This document shows, in pieces, positions 10,805 to 21,620 of a stretch of 64,000 nt of DNA; positions within the stretch are counted from its first letter, which is position 1, and the number at the start of each line of letters is the position of its first letter. Origin of the DNA: Shigella phage SGF2. The notes below the pieces were generated by a model. The model was not told the DNA's origin, ran no database searches, and worked only from the letters and a program-made list of their open reading frames with translations. Location of the stretch: the sequence record MN148435; one strand, given 5' to 3'. A program made the translations under genes and the position numbers.

Positions 10805-11587
10805 ATGGCAATTAAAATGGGTATTGAAGAACTAGACCCAATGGTGCAACAGGCTTCAAAGAAGTATGGAATACCAGCTGCTTTGATTCATGCTGTAATC
10901 CAAAGAGAGTCTAGTGGACGTCCTAAAGTAGCCTCTGGAACTGGTCCTGTAGGTTTAATGCAGATCAGTAAAGGATTGGCTAAAGACTATGGATACAAAC
11001 TAGAAGATAGACTGGACCCAGCAAAGAATATTGACATGGGTGCTCGTTATATCAGAGATAACTTAAAAGCTTTTAATGGTGATGTTAAGAAAGCGATGGT
11101 TGGTTACTCTGAAGGGACAGGGGGTGCTAGGCAGATGTTTGCTGGTAAGAAAGGGTTTACTCCTCAGGCGCTTGACTCAATGAACAACAAACATTTTCTC
11201 CCTTTCTATGGTGATGCTGCTTCTCAGATTGCTAACCCTGTTGGAGCTTTGCAAGCTGTTCAACCAGTTAACCAATTTAGTCCGGATACCCTTGATAGGG
11301 AGAAGGCTGCTCAAGCTCCGACTCAGGCAGAAATTGCTGCTTCTAAGACTGGTGCTTTAGGTGGCAATCCAGTAGAGTTTTACTCTGATGAAGTTCAGGA
11401 AGGTGAGGACCAGAAGCCTCAACAGAACTTTGGTAATGCAGTATTAGGGGTAGCTGCTATGCTTGCTGGTAAACCTCCTACTTCTCAAACAGTTCAGAGA
11501 GTGAGTACACCTCATGCAGCAGGTTCTCAGTACAGTCCACAAACACAAGCAGTGCTTAGACGTTTGGCTAGCATTGGTGTTAAGTAA
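10805..11587 (+). CDS. virion-associated lytic transglycosylase (SLT domain)
   Basis: motifs IHAVIQRESSGRP...GLMQIS characteristic of SLT/GH23 catalytic region; RBS AAGGAG. Confidence 0.75.
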   Translation: MAIKMGIEELDPMVQQASKKYGIPAALIHAVIQRESSGRPKVASGTGPVGLMQISKGLAKDYGYKLEDRLDPAKNIDMGARYIRDNLKAFNGDVKKAMVGYSEGTGGARQMFAGKKGFTPQALDSMNNKHFLPFYGDAASQIANPVGALQAVQPVNQFSPDTLDREKAAQAPTQAEIAASKTGALGGNPVEFYSDEVQEGEDQKPQQNFGNAVLGVAAMLAGKPPTSQTVQRVSTPHAAGSQYSPQTQAVLRRLASIGVK

Positions 11588-11606
11588 TAATCGTTAAGGA
11601 GGACTT

Positions 11607-12659
11607 ATGTCTTTATTTGGAAAATCAGCTTCTAGCAAAACCACAGTGGCTCCTTCCTCTCAGGTTGATGCCCTGCTGAAGCAGATTGTTGCTAATGCTC
11701 AGAATATGCAGAACAACGATCAGGGATTTATTTCCCAACAGCTGGCTGGGTTTAACGGCAACCAACAAGGTGCTCTGAATAACTTAGCAGCTTCTACTAC
11801 TCAAAAGCAATTGGCTAATATGTACACACCTCGTACACAGCAAGGTTTGGACCAACTGAACTCCCTTGCTCAACAGTATCAGAATATTGTTAATGGTGGT
11901 GGTTTAACTGCTGATGGTGTTAACAACTTCAGTAAAGGGTTAAACAACTCGGCTCTTGCTCAGGCTACTAGTAAGGCAGCTTCTAATGTATCTCTTGGAA
12001 ATGGTTCTGATTCAGGTTCCCTCCGTAGAGCTGCTGCTCAAGGTGCTGCTCTGAATGGCGCTAATACAAATCTATCTCGTACCATCAACGGTAAGAACAT
12101 GGGAATCAGTGCTCTTCAACAAGACCAGAACTTCCAGAGAGGTTTGCTTGGTGCTCAGTCTGGTTTAGCTGGACAGAACCTCAACCTTGGTGCACAAGGT
12201 GTTCAGGCAACTCAGCAAGCTATCCAGAATCAACTCATGGCTGGTAATCTACAACAGCAACAAGCTCAAGCTCAAGCAGATATCAATTGGCAGAATGCTA
12301 TTGGCTCTCAGCAGTATGGATGGAATCAGCTTAACAACCAGCTTAATGTATTAAACAGTGTAAGCCCTATGGCTGGATACACGATTAAGAATGCTGCTCC
12401 GGGAGTTAATACTGGACAACAGCTCCTAGGTGCTGGTATCACTGGCTTGGGTATTGCAGGTCGTATGGGTGCTTTCTCTCCTAACCAACAGACTCAGAAT
12501 GCTTGGAGTTCCTATAACAACTCAGGTGGGCAGTCTGGTATGGCTGGTCCTATGATTGGAGGTTCTAATCTTTCTCAACAGAAAGGTCAGTCTAACTGGT
12601 TATCCACAACGGGTAATAATATCTTAGGCGGTGTCTTAGGGGCATTCGGAGCAAACTAA
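11607..12659 (+). CDS. Q/N/G-rich low-complexity virion protein
   Basis: 350 aa, starts MSLFGK; paralogous to next gene. Confidence 0.4.
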   Translation: MSLFGKSASSKTTVAPSSQVDALLKQIVANAQNMQNNDQGFISQQLAGFNGNQQGALNNLAASTTQKQLANMYTPRTQQGLDQLNSLAQQYQNIVNGGGLTADGVNNFSKGLNNSALAQATSKAASNVSLGNGSDSGSLRRAAAQGAALNGANTNLSRTINGKNMGISALQQDQNFQRGLLGAQSGLAGQNLNLGAQGVQATQQAIQNQLMAGNLQQQQAQAQADINWQNAIGSQQYGWNQLNNQLNVLNSVSPMAGYTIKNAAPGVNTGQQLLGAGITGLGIAGRMGAFSPNQQTQNAWSSYNNSGGQSGMAGPMIGGSNLSQQKGQSNWLSTTGNNILGGVLGAFGAN

Positions 12660-12671
12660 AGGAGATTTGAT

Positions 12672-13640
12672 ATGGCTTTATTTGGAGGAGGGAATAGTAA
12701 AACTACTTCCCAAATGATTCGCCCTGAATACATTCAACAGTATATTGACCAGCTTAACCAACAGATTGGTAATACTAGTTCAGGGGATTATGTTTATCGT
12801 GACAATGTAGGGTTTAATAACAACCAGACAGAAGCTCTTAACAACTTGGCACAGTCTGGTGCTCTAGGGACTCTCTCGCAGCAATACATGGATGCAGCAG
12901 GTCAAGGGTTAGGTTATCTGGATAATGCCTATAAAGGCTACCAGAGCCTCTCTGGACAAGGTGGTATTACTGGAGAACAGATTGGTGCTCTCGCTGGTCA
13001 GCTGTATGATGACGATGTTGTGCAAGCAGCCATTACAGCTAATAATGAACAAGTTCAACAGAACCTAGCACGTAATGCTTTGCCTCAGTTAGCTCAACAG
13101 TATGCTGGTCAACAGGGTTCAGGTGCTCGTATGGCTAAGTCCTTTGCCCAAGGTGATGCTCTGAATCAGATGCAAGGCCAAGCAACAGATATTACCAATA
13201 GCGCCTATAACTCAGCTATTAGTCAAGCTGAAAGCATCCTATCTGGTAACAGACAGAATCAGGCAGCTGCTCTCTCAGGTCTTTCTACTATCGGTTCTAA
13301 CCTTTCTAACTTAGGTCAGCAAGGTGCTAATTTGTCTCAGCAGCAAATAATGAATCAATGGAATGCAGGGTTGCAGCAACAACAGCAACAACAGAATGAA
13401 TATGATAATGCCTACCAGAATGCTCAGAACGCAGCTAATTGGGGATGGCAAGATATCAACAACCAACTCGGTGCAGCAGGTGTACTTAACGGCGCTCTCG
13501 GACAAACTACAACTACTAAAACATCTGGTGGCAAAGGTGGTTTCCTTGGTGGAGCTATGAGTGGTGCAGCAGCAGGTTCTTCCTTTGGGCCTTGGGGTGC
13601 ATTGGCTGGAGGTGTAATCGGTGGGTTGGCTAGTACTTAA
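12672..13640 (+). CDS. Q/N/G-rich low-complexity virion protein (paralogue of 11607-12659)
   Basis: 322 aa, starts MALFGG; shared N-terminal pattern and QQQQ runs; RBS AAGGAG. Confidence 0.4.
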   Translation: MALFGGGNSKTTSQMIRPEYIQQYIDQLNQQIGNTSSGDYVYRDNVGFNNNQTEALNNLAQSGALGTLSQQYMDAAGQGLGYLDNAYKGYQSLSGQGGITGEQIGALAGQLYDDDVVQAAITANNEQVQQNLARNALPQLAQQYAGQQGSGARMAKSFAQGDALNQMQGQATDITNSAYNSAISQAESILSGNRQNQAAALSGLSTIGSNLSNLGQQGANLSQQQIMNQWNAGLQQQQQQQNEYDNAYQNAQNAANWGWQDINNQLGAAGVLNGALGQTTTTKTSGGKGGFLGGAMSGAAAGSSFGPWGALAGGVIGGLAST

Positions 13641-13653
13641 TTAGGAGACAAAT

Positions 13654-15309
13654 ATGCAACAGACAACTTACGCTCAGGTCAGAAGTCGTGATCCGAGAAA
13701 TACTTTTTATGGTGTTAATCCGGGAGCGGCTTCGGCCTCTCCTTATATGGCTAGACCTACTCAGACAGCTGATGTTTCTATGTACCAACGTCCTGCTGTA
13801 CCTTCATCTCTCGCAGGTCTTGTCTCTCAGGCAGAAGAAGATCAGAATGCTATGGTGAATCCGGGATTCCAGCAACGTCTTATGGAACAACAGAATCAAG
13901 GAACTCCAACAAGCCTTCAGGGTATTAATATTGGAGAGCCAGCTCCTGTAGCAGCTAATCCTAATTTATCCACTGATCAAGGTTTGCAGGATGCTGGACT
14001 TATGCCTAGTGACCCTCTTCCGGTAACACCTCCTACTAAACCACTAGAAGCTGGTCCTATGGAGTTTACTCCTTCTCAGGTGGAACAGGCACAAGGTGTG
14101 ATTAACACTCTTGCTCAAGGACAAGACACCGGTGACGGAATGACTGCTGCTACTCGCACTAAAGATCAAGAGCGTGTTAACAATGATATCATGCAGGTTG
14201 CTAAAGCTAAAGACCCTTCAGAAGCTTGGAATAAACTACAGAAAGAACCTTTCTATCAGAACTCCAGTTTCTATACAGGTTTGATGGGTGTAGGTCTTTC
14301 TATCATGTCAGGTAAGTCTCCTATCGAAGCGTTTCAGATTGGTCAGGGAATGGCTAATCAAGATGAGACTAAGAAGCAACTGGAAGCTAACCGTGATGCA
14401 TTAGTTGAACAGGGTTTCTCTCAAGACTCTATTGCTGCTGCTATTGCAAGTGGTGATCCTTCTCTTCTGAAGATGAGAGCTAAAAATCCTCTTCAACAGG
14501 AAGCTCTGTATGCTGCTCGTGAAGAACGTCAGAATGCTGAGTGGGATAGACGTCAACAGATTCAAGAGCAGTCTATGCGTGAACGTGCTGAGGAAACTCG
14601 TCGTGCTGCTGAAAAGAGAACTGACATGAACTTTGAACGTCAGAAAGAGTTGATTGGCTATCGTGATAAGGTTAAGGCTGAACGTGCTGAACAAGCTGCT
14701 CAGAGTTTTAACTTTAACCCGAAAGAAGTTCGTCTTGCTCAGAACACAGCTGAAGGTACAGTTGCTAAGCAGTGGGCGGAGAAAGGTGGTCTGTTTAACC
14801 AGTCCAACAAAGACTTGGATTTGGCTGACAAAGCAGTTAAAGATAAAGACTACCAGACAGCTCGTTCTGCTTACATGCAGGCTATCATGAACTCCGCAAG
14901 GGCTGAAATCGGTGCTACCCGTTCTCTTACTGAAGAAGACTTGGGACACTTCGCAGAAGACCCATCAATCTTCGTTCGTGTTGGCAACAAGTTTGCACTG
15001 AAATCTGGATGGCGTCCTACTGATGCTGCTCTTTCTTATGCTCGTAAGCAGGCTAATGTTGGTCACACCTCTGCAATGAAGGGTGTTGCTGATGCTAAGA
15101 AGGCTACTATCGAAGCATACATCGGTTCTGGTATGGATAAGAAGAGAGCTACTGCATTGGTTAACCGTGCAATCCCTTCTGGTGGTTTCTATGACCCTCT
15201 AGGTGTTTTCTCTGAACAAGCAGAAGAAGCAGTTGGTGGTGCAGCAACCAATCCTAAGCTTAATGGTGCTTTATCAGCTGTCGAAGACACTAGCTGGTTT
15301 ACTCAATAA
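13654..15309 (+). CDS. internal virion protein, function unknown
   Basis: 551 aa; RBS AGGAGA; coiled-coil C-terminal half. Confidence 0.4.
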   Translation: MQQTTYAQVRSRDPRNTFYGVNPGAASASPYMARPTQTADVSMYQRPAVPSSLAGLVSQAEEDQNAMVNPGFQQRLMEQQNQGTPTSLQGINIGEPAPVAANPNLSTDQGLQDAGLMPSDPLPVTPPTKPLEAGPMEFTPSQVEQAQGVINTLAQGQDTGDGMTAATRTKDQERVNNDIMQVAKAKDPSEAWNKLQKEPFYQNSSFYTGLMGVGLSIMSGKSPIEAFQIGQGMANQDETKKQLEANRDALVEQGFSQDSIAAAIASGDPSLLKMRAKNPLQQEALYAAREERQNAEWDRRQQIQEQSMRERAEETRRAAEKRTDMNFERQKELIGYRDKVKAERAEQAAQSFNFNPKEVRLAQNTAEGTVAKQWAEKGGLFNQSNKDLDLADKAVKDKDYQTARSAYMQAIMNSARAEIGATRSLTEEDLGHFAEDPSIFVRVGNKFALKSGWRPTDAALSYARKQANVGHTSAMKGVADAKKATIEAYIGSGMDKKRATALVNRAIPSGGFYDPLGVFSEQAEEAVGGAATNPKLNGALSAVEDTSWFTQ

Positions 15310-15376
15310 GACCTAAGTCCTGCCTTCTATAATGTATATAGGGGGTAGGACATTTTTATTTATAAAAGGAGACGTT

Positions 15377-18300
15377 ATGGCTAACATTAAACCGTGGGAA
15401 GAAGCTTCCAAAGCTCCTGCGTATCTGAATGCCTCTCCGGAGCAACAAGCTCAAATGAGAGAACAATATAAGGCAGCAGGTGGCTCTATTCCTGAGGAAC
15501 AACCAGTAGCACAACCACAACAAGAAGAACGTGGTGCTATAGGTGAGTTTGCTCAAGGTGTGTCAAATGCTCTTCAATCTGGTGGTGCAAATATTGCAGC
15601 TAGTGCTGCTAAAGGTATTGGTGGTTTAGTTGAGATTGGTGAGAATCTAGCTGGAGCACAAACTAGTTATGGTAAGCGTATACAAGAGAACTCTCAGAAC
15701 CTTCTGAAAGAACGTATGGATAAGATTGAGGATGGGATTGGTAAAACTGTCGGTCAGTATGCTGGTGTTGCTGGTGATATCGGTTTGACAGTTGCTAACC
15801 CATTGGCTGCTGCTGCTATCATCGCAGGTCGTGAGACAGGTCGTGCATATGCAGACCAAACCCCTGAAGAGGGAGAAGATAAGTCTATTCTAGATGCAGC
15901 CTTAGTTGGTGGTGCTAACTATGCGGCTCAGAGAATCCTTCCGGGTGCTGTCGGTACAGCTGAATCCACACTTGGACGTATTGGTCAGAACGTTGCTAGT
16001 AACGCAGTGGCTGGTGCTAAAGGTGGTGCTCTTGTGGGTGCTGCTGAAGCTCAGAATAAGCACGGAGATGACACAACCTTTGCTAATGTATTAGAAGGTG
16101 CTATCGAAGAAGGTGCTATGGGTGCTGCATTTGGTGGTGCAGTTGGTGGGGTTCATGGTTTGATTAGCCGTCCGGGTTCTGCTGTCTTCAAGAATACTCC
16201 AGAGTATGCGAAGACTGATATTGCTGCTGATGATGAACTAATTCGTAGTGCTAAGAACATTGATGAACTGAAAGAAGCTTACTCTAAAGCTGAAACTGCT
16301 AACGCTGCTTCTGCTCTGAATCTTCTGGATGAGAATGGATTCCGTATTACAGATGCTGTTGCTGTGGATTCTCCTGCCGCTCAGCGTATTCTTAATACAG
16401 ACCAAGCCCGTGCTGAGAAAGCTGCTTCTGTTCAGAAAGAACATTCTAACATTCCGGGCCTTAACCCTTTGGCTTCTCCTGCTAAAGTTCGTGGTAAAGC
16501 ATTCGCTGATAATGAGCACAACCAGAAGCAAGCTGTCGCTATGAAAGACGCAATGGCTGATTACACAAAGGATAACACTAAAGCTCTTACAGATGTTCTG
16601 GATAATCTTGATCGTGAGTTAGTCTCTCTCCGAGCTTCTGGTGACTTTACTGGCAGTCCGATTGATATTAAGAATCGCACACAAGCTGACCGTGATTTCA
16701 TTGATGCTTACAAGACTTTCTATAATGAAGCAAATCGATTCAAAGCTCGTGATGGTGAAGACTTTAACAACTTCGTAGAGAAAGCTACTGAACTACAGAA
16801 GATGGCTGATAATGTTTCTCCAGAGATGAAACAAGCTATTGGTGGGTTGAAGAAACTGAAAGGTATGCCTGAAGGTTTTAATCCTATTCAAGATGCTTAT
16901 ACTCTGAACAATACAGCTAAGTTCATGAGCAACCAAGACCGTGGTTGGACTTCCCTGACTGATGATGGCTTCCGTGAGGCTTCTTCTCCTAGTCTGGTTA
17001 TGAATACACTTGGTGCTGCTAAGTATGCTCTGAATCGCTTCTCTTCTCAGCGTGCTCGCTCTCAACGTGTTAAACAACAAGAATCCAACAGTGAAGCTAT
17101 CCGCTCTCTAGCTCGTGGTGATTTGGAAGTTGCTCGTGCTAAATCTACTGCTGATGAAGCTCGTGCTAAAATGGAAGAAGAACCAGTTGTTGATGACATT
17201 AAATTTAAGACGCAAAATGACGTGGAAACCGAACCGGTTCGGGAGCCTTCTTCTAGTACTGTGACGGAAGAAAATCTTCCTTCTTCTGCTCCTCAAGAAA
17301 CTCCTCTTACAGCTCGAGATTTAGTTGCGCAAAGACGCGCTATCCGTCAGGCTGAACAGCGTCGCGCTGAAGAAGAGGCATTGGCTGCTCAAGAAGCTCC
17401 GGTCGAACAAACTCCACAGGCTGAACCTCTCCCTGCTCGTAACCCTCTAGAGGAGCGTCGTGCAATGGAACAGCAACGTGCTCAAGAAGAGGCCGCACAG
17501 GCTCCAGAACCAACCGTAGAGGAACCAACAGTCAAAGCTGAGCCATTACCTGCCCGTGCTCCTAAAGCTCCTAAGGAAGCTGTACAGGACGTTAAACCGG
17601 CAAGTGGTGTAGAACGTTTAGCTGCTATGTCCAGTGCTGCTCGTCAGGCTACTAAAGATCGTGCAGAACGTTTTGCTCGTTCTCTGTATTCCAAGGCTGC
17701 TAAGGCTAAAGCTACTGCTGAAAACTTCTTGGCTTACAAGGGTGATCCTAAAGAGTTGATGCGTCGTATTCGTCAGGAAGATAATGCTATCAACACTGAA
17801 CGTCATGAAGAGATGGCTCGTAATCAGCTAGCTTCTCAGCAAGGTATTGCTACTGCTAAGAACAACACTGTACGAACTAATTTTGCTGAATGGGTTAAGG
17901 AACGTGGTCTGCCAGAAGACATTGCTACTAAGGCATTACGTGCTGAAGAAAAAGGTTTAGGTGGGAACGTTACTAACTTGGATAGTCTGAAACGTCGTGC
18001 TGAAAGATTGTATCAGAAGCAGCGTGAGGATGAGTTTGATAGGTTGTATCAACAAGCTCTAGAAGAGAACAAAGCTTTCGATAAGAAGGATGCTCCTAAA
18101 CTGGTTGACCAGAAGAAAGAGCTTCAGTCTGAGATTGATACTTTGATTGATTCAGAACCTTTACGTCCTGCTCAGAAAGATGCTATGCGTAAGCTGATGA
18201 ATGATTATGTAGATGGGAAGTTTAAATCTTCAGAGAAGGCTGGTAGGGAAGAGGCTTTGGAAGTGGGTCAGATGAAGGATATTTGGGATGGGTTTATTAA

Positions 18301-19798
18301 CACCTATAACAGAGAAGTGAATGCCTTCAACAAAGCTAACAAGAACTCTCAATACGAAGCTGCTGCTAAACACTTGCAGGCTCGTGAAGAACGTCTTGCT
18401 ACTCTGAGAAATAAAGCTCAGGCTCGTTCAGATGCTAAGGCTGCTGTTGAGAATGAACGTAAAACTCTAGAGGCTATTGCAGCTCAGAAGAGTGAGATTG
18501 AGAAGATGATGGAAGGCTTACCTAAGTCTGTTCGTGAAGCTCAGGAATCTCGTACATTGAAACAGTTGGCTGCTCACCATGATAAGAACTCTCCAGTTCC
18601 TCCAGAGAAGTTCCGTAGCTATATCGAACGTATCCATAACGCCGAGTCAGATTACCTTGATCGTCAGCGTCGTTTAACTGATGCAGAGGAAGATGCTCGT
18701 CAGGCTAAATGGAACAGGATGTATGAGCAAGCGGAAGAGATGGACCGTAAGTTTGATATAGACAAAAAGGTTAAGCGTAGTGAAGCGCTTAAAGAGGCCC
18801 AAAAGCGTGAGAATGACCTTATGGCAGTACAACGTCAACGTGACGACATTCATCGTCGACTGATGCACACTTTGGAAGATAAGGGCATATCTAGAGAGGA
18901 TGCTGAAGCATTTGCTGGTTCCTACATGGATAACCGTTATGCACTTCTTGATAAGCCTATGACTCCTACTGAACATCAGAATGCTCGTTCTCGTATTGAG
19001 GCTGATGTTGAGAAGTTTGCTAAGAAGTACGAATCAATGACTCCTATCGAGAAAGAGATTGTTAAGGTTACTGGAGATACTGAAGGTAAGCTTGATAACT
19101 TGGATGCGGATACTAGGAAGGCTGTTGAGGAGGCTCAGAAGGTTGACTCTGATATTAAGAAACTGCAAGAGGAAGAGTTGGAGATGGAGAAGGTTCGTTC
19201 TGCTCTGCCTGACGATGAAAGATCTCAAGCAAGTTCTGATATCTTGGAAAGTATCAAACAGCAGGAAGAAGCCTTTGCTGATAAAGCAGAGAAAGCTTTC
19301 TTGAATGGGAAGAGCTTGGATGAGTTAGCTAGTGTGGCTGAAGTTTTAGACAGGGTTCATGGTGCAGATAAGGCTGGTAACAACCGTCGCTTTGTACGTG
19401 CATTGCAGACTGCTGCTGAAAACAAGAAGAAGTATGGTGATAATCCGGTAGCTTGGTTTAGTGCTGATGATTATTCTGCCATTGCTAAACTTGGTGCTTC
19501 TTCCGCAGGTGGTAACAAATCCAGAGCACTGGAGAAGATCTTTGGTTCTACAGCTGAACAAGCTAAGAGTAAGTTGCTTGGCAGGGATGATGTAGCGAAG
19601 ATGAGACGTGTAATTGAAGAGAACCCTGATATTAAGATTCCTTCTTACAAGACAACGAATCGTACTGAGTACTTGCAGTTCTTGGAGAAGTTTAATGACG
19701 AAGGGAAGCCGAAGATTAAACGTGGCTCATTGTCAGAGAAGCTTGAACGCAGTAAGCGTCAATCGAGACTCCGTGTAAGAGTTCGACCTAAGGAGTGA
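15377..19798 (+). CDS. large coiled-coil-rich internal virion/ejection protein (tape-measure-like)
   Basis: ATG at 15377 preceded by AAGGAG (track ORF starts 15332); ~1473 aa; Gly/Ala-rich hydrophobic N-terminal segments then highly charged helical repeats. Confidence 0.5.
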   Translation: MANIKPWEEASKAPAYLNASPEQQAQMREQYKAAGGSIPEEQPVAQPQQEERGAIGEFAQGVSNALQSGGANIAASAAKGIGGLVEIGENLAGAQTSYGKRIQENSQNLLKERMDKIEDGIGKTVGQYAGVAGDIGLTVANPLAAAAIIAGRETGRAYADQTPEEGEDKSILDAALVGGANYAAQRILPGAVGTAESTLGRIGQNVASNAVAGAKGGALVGAAEAQNKHGDDTTFANVLEGAIEEGAMGAAFGGAVGGVHGLISRPGSAVFKNTPEYAKTDIAADDELIRSAKNIDELKEAYSKAETANAASALNLLDENGFRITDAVAVDSPAAQRILNTDQARAEKAASVQKEHSNIPGLNPLASPAKVRGKAFADNEHNQKQAVAMKDAMADYTKDNTKALTDVLDNLDRELVSLRASGDFTGSPIDIKNRTQADRDFIDAYKTFYNEANRFKARDGEDFNNFVEKATELQKMADNVSPEMKQAIGGLKKLKGMPEGFNPIQDAYTLNNTAKFMSNQDRGWTSLTDDGFREASSPSLVMNTLGAAKYALNRFSSQRARSQRVKQQESNSEAIRSLARGDLEVARAKSTADEARAKMEEEPVVDDIKFKTQNDVETEPVREPSSSTVTEENLPSSAPQETPLTARDLVAQRRAIRQAEQRRAEEEALAAQEAPVEQTPQAEPLPARNPLEERRAMEQQRAQEEAAQAPEPTVEEPTVKAEPLPARAPKAPKEAVQDVKPASGVERLAAMSSAARQATKDRAERFARSLYSKAAKAKATAENFLAYKGDPKELMRRIRQEDNAINTERHEEMARNQLASQQGIATAKNNTVRTNFAEWVKERGLPEDIATKALRAEEKGLGGNVTNLDSLKRRAERLYQKQREDEFDRLYQQALEENKAFDKKDAPKLVDQKKELQSEIDTLIDSEPLRPAQKDAMRKLMNDYVDGKFKSSEKAGREEALEVGQMKDIWDGFINTYNREVNAFNKANKNSQYEAAAKHLQAREERLATLRNKAQARSDAKAAVENERKTLEAIAAQKSEIEKMMEGLPKSVREAQESRTLKQLAAHHDKNSPVPPEKFRSYIERIHNAESDYLDRQRRLTDAEEDARQAKWNRMYEQAEEMDRKFDIDKKVKRSEALKEAQKRENDLMAVQRQRDDIHRRLMHTLEDKGISREDAEAFAGSYMDNRYALLDKPMTPTEHQNARSRIEADVEKFAKKYESMTPIEKEIVKVTGDTEGKLDNLDADTRKAVEEAQKVDSDIKKLQEEELEMEKVRSALPDDERSQASSDILESIKQQEEAFADKAEKAFLNGKSLDELASVAEVLDRVHGADKAGNNRRFVRALQTAAENKKKYGDNPVAWFSADDYSAIAKLGASSAGGNKSRALEKIFGSTAEQAKSKLLGRDDVAKMRRVIEENPDIKIPSYKTTNRTEYLQFLEKFNDEGKPKIKRGSLSEKLERSKRQSRLRVRVRPKE

Positions 19799-19802
19799 TA
19801 AA

Positions 19803-19846
19803 AGAAAAGCCCTCAAGGAGAAATCCAAGAGGGCTTTATTTGTTTC
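19803..19846. terminator. bidirectional rho-independent terminator between convergent modules
   Basis: AAAGCCCTC...GAGGGCTTT hairpin flanked by A-run upstream and TATTTGTTT downstream; gene orientation switches here. Confidence 0.55.
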
Positions 19847-19991
19847 TAAGTTTTAAAAACCATCAAATTCGTCATACATCCCAATTCTCTTCAGAAGTCT
19901 GGATGTTCATCTTCAAAGCATCCTGAGATGCCTCCATAGAACCAATCTGATTTACTGCCAAGGATAACAACTTCTTCATTCATATACCCTC

Positions 19992-20219
19992 CTAGATTAA
20001 ATCGTAATACTGAATAATGTCAGAGAGTTTGAACTCTCGAATCTCATCTTTCTCTACATCTATCGCTGTCATAATCCAACAAGGTTTGCCACCGTTATGA
20101 AAACGGGAGCTAGCAACGGAGGTTCGGAGTGGAATAACGGACCGGTCAGCAACCTCGCCTCTCCAATTGCGATAGCGAAAGCGAAGCACTTGTTGCGTAG
20201 ATTTTTGATCATCACTCAT
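19992..20219 (-). CDS. hypothetical protein
   Basis: start MSDDQKS 5 nt after HNH stop; the longer track ORF overlaps the HNH gene. Confidence 0.35.
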   Translation of the reverse strand: MSDDQKSTQQVLRFRYRNWRGEVADRSVIPLRTSVASSRFHNGGKPCWIMTAIDVEKDEIREFKLSDIIQYYDLI

Positions 20220-20613
20220 TTCCTTTTTTGAATTGTTTTCTTGCATCATTCTCTTCTTTTGTTTTAATCTTATGACAAGGGTCTTTACATAGAACCTGAA
20301 AACCTTCTTTCTCACACAGAGCACGAGAGATGATTTCATCCCAAGTTGCTTCATGGTCAAGAGGAACTATAGGCTCTATGTGGTCAATAGCCATATCCTT
20401 TACAGGGTGGTCAGAGCCACACATGGCACACTTAAAGTGCATTGCCAGTCTACCTGTCTTTGGATTAATCTTCTGCTCTGTCTTGGCGTCTGCTAGTGCA
20501 TCGAACATGGGCTTCCACTTTCTAGTCAGAGAACGAATCCCTGACTTGATGAAAGAGTTATAACGAGCTTCAGTCCACATGCCGGAGCATCTAGTCTTCT
20601 CAGACTTCGCCAT
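20212..20613 (-). CDS. HNH endonuclease
   Basis: CAMCGSDHPVKDMAIDHIEP ... CKDPCHKIKT: Cys/His HNH motif. Confidence 0.7.
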   Translation of the reverse strand: MAKSEKTRCSGMWTEARYNSFIKSGIRSLTRKWKPMFDALADAKTEQKINPKTGRLAMHFKCAMCGSDHPVKDMAIDHIEPIVPLDHEATWDEIISRALCEKEGFQVLCKDPCHKIKTKEENDARKQFKKGNE

Positions 20614-20780
20614 AATCAGCTTCTTCCCATACGCGCTTACCTACTCGATGTGATACTTTTTCACGCTTTTCTTTAATATAGCGATTGCCTAATTCATGAC
20701 TATATTTAATACGCTGCTCTTTACGAGATTCACGATTGGAGGAGTTTTCATCATATGAACGATAATCAAATTTACCCATT
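20601..20780 (-). CDS. small basic hypothetical protein (59 aa)
   Basis: ORF below track cut-off (MGKFDYRSYDENSSNRESRKEQRIKY...); fills gap between FEN and HNH genes. Confidence 0.25.
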
Positions 20781-20792
20781 ATAATATCCTTA

Positions 20793-21620
20793 TTACCAAG
20801 ATTTATCTAACCATGTCCAGTCGAACAGGTCTTCCGGAGTCTGACCAACAAAGAGCAGCCGAGCATTCTCAAGCATTTTCTCTTCATCTTCAGTATCGAA
20901 CTTCTTATAATATTCCATTCGTACTATATGATACATGGTCCACTTGTCTGTAACACCAGCCAACAACTTAGCTGCTGCTTTCTTCCCTATTCCTTGACGT
21001 CGAAGCTGGAGCTTGCCACCCCACATAACTTCTTTACGTTCTCCACATCCGGGGATATTATCTGTACCATCTCCAATCAACATCTGATAGAAGAAGTTTT
21101 GCCATGAAACTAAATCAGATACATAGTGAGGAGGAACCTCTTTCTGCCTTTCTCCACAAGCCCAACGGTAATGCCATCCGGGGGTTATCAACAAATCCTT
21201 GTCTCTAGTACAGATGATAGTGTTCTTATCCCTACGTTGCCTTTCAGCTAGTGCATCATCAGCCTCTCTCCCAAATACATCTATGTATTCATACTTACCT
21301 TTAATGTAATCACCAACGTTTTGCCAGTGAAAAGGTCTTTCTCCGGGAGGCCTGTTTGCTTTGTAGTCTTGCTGCTTAGCAACATCAAAACGGAAGTTAC
21401 CACCTTCGCTGAAGTAGAACACAACCTTGCTGCAACCCGATCGAGCTATGATTGTATCAATCTTATATTGAAGTCGTTCAATCATAAAGTTGTAGTCAAC
21501 TGGAACACGTCCTGTGTCAAGGAATGGATGCTCTTGAGTAAGAGCACCTACTTCATATCGAAGAACGTCAGCGTCCACTATAGCTACTTCAGGGAGCTTA
21601 ACTTCTTCCATAAATATCAT
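20793..21620 (-). CDS. 5'-3' exonuclease / flap endonuclease (FEN family)
   Basis: motifs AIVDADVLRY, DYKANRP, ICTRDKDLL, LIGDGTDNIPG match 5'-nuclease N and H3TH regions. Confidence 0.85.
   Translation of the reverse strand: MIFMEEVKLPEVAIVDADVLRYEVGALTQEHPFLDTGRVPVDYNFMIERLQYKIDTIIARSGCSKVVFYFSEGGNFRFDVAKQQDYKANRPPGERPFHWQNVGDYIKGKYEYIDVFGREADDALAERQRRDKNTIICTRDKDLLITPGWHYRWACGERQKEVPPHYVSDLVSWQNFFYQMLIGDGTDNIPGCGERKEVMWGGKLQLRRQGIGKKAAAKLLAGVTDKWTMYHIVRMEYYKKFDTEDEEKMLENARLLFVGQTPEDLFDWTWLDKSW

Noticed and set aside
14401-14949. 182-aa minus-strand ORF inside the 551-aa plus-strand virion gene; likewise 2211-2606, 6374-6589, 7394-7579, 9282-9506, 10178-10450, 13311-13505, 16238-16531 and other antisense ORFs within the late block
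   Set aside because: They lie antisense within long, motif-supported plus-strand genes, lack RBS, and have low-complexity or hydrophobic composition typical of shadow ORFs
19992-20360. Track ORF of 122 aa overlapping the HNH gene
   Set aside because: Trimmed to the internal start at 20219 just after the HNH stop; the N-terminal extension overlaps a motif-supported gene
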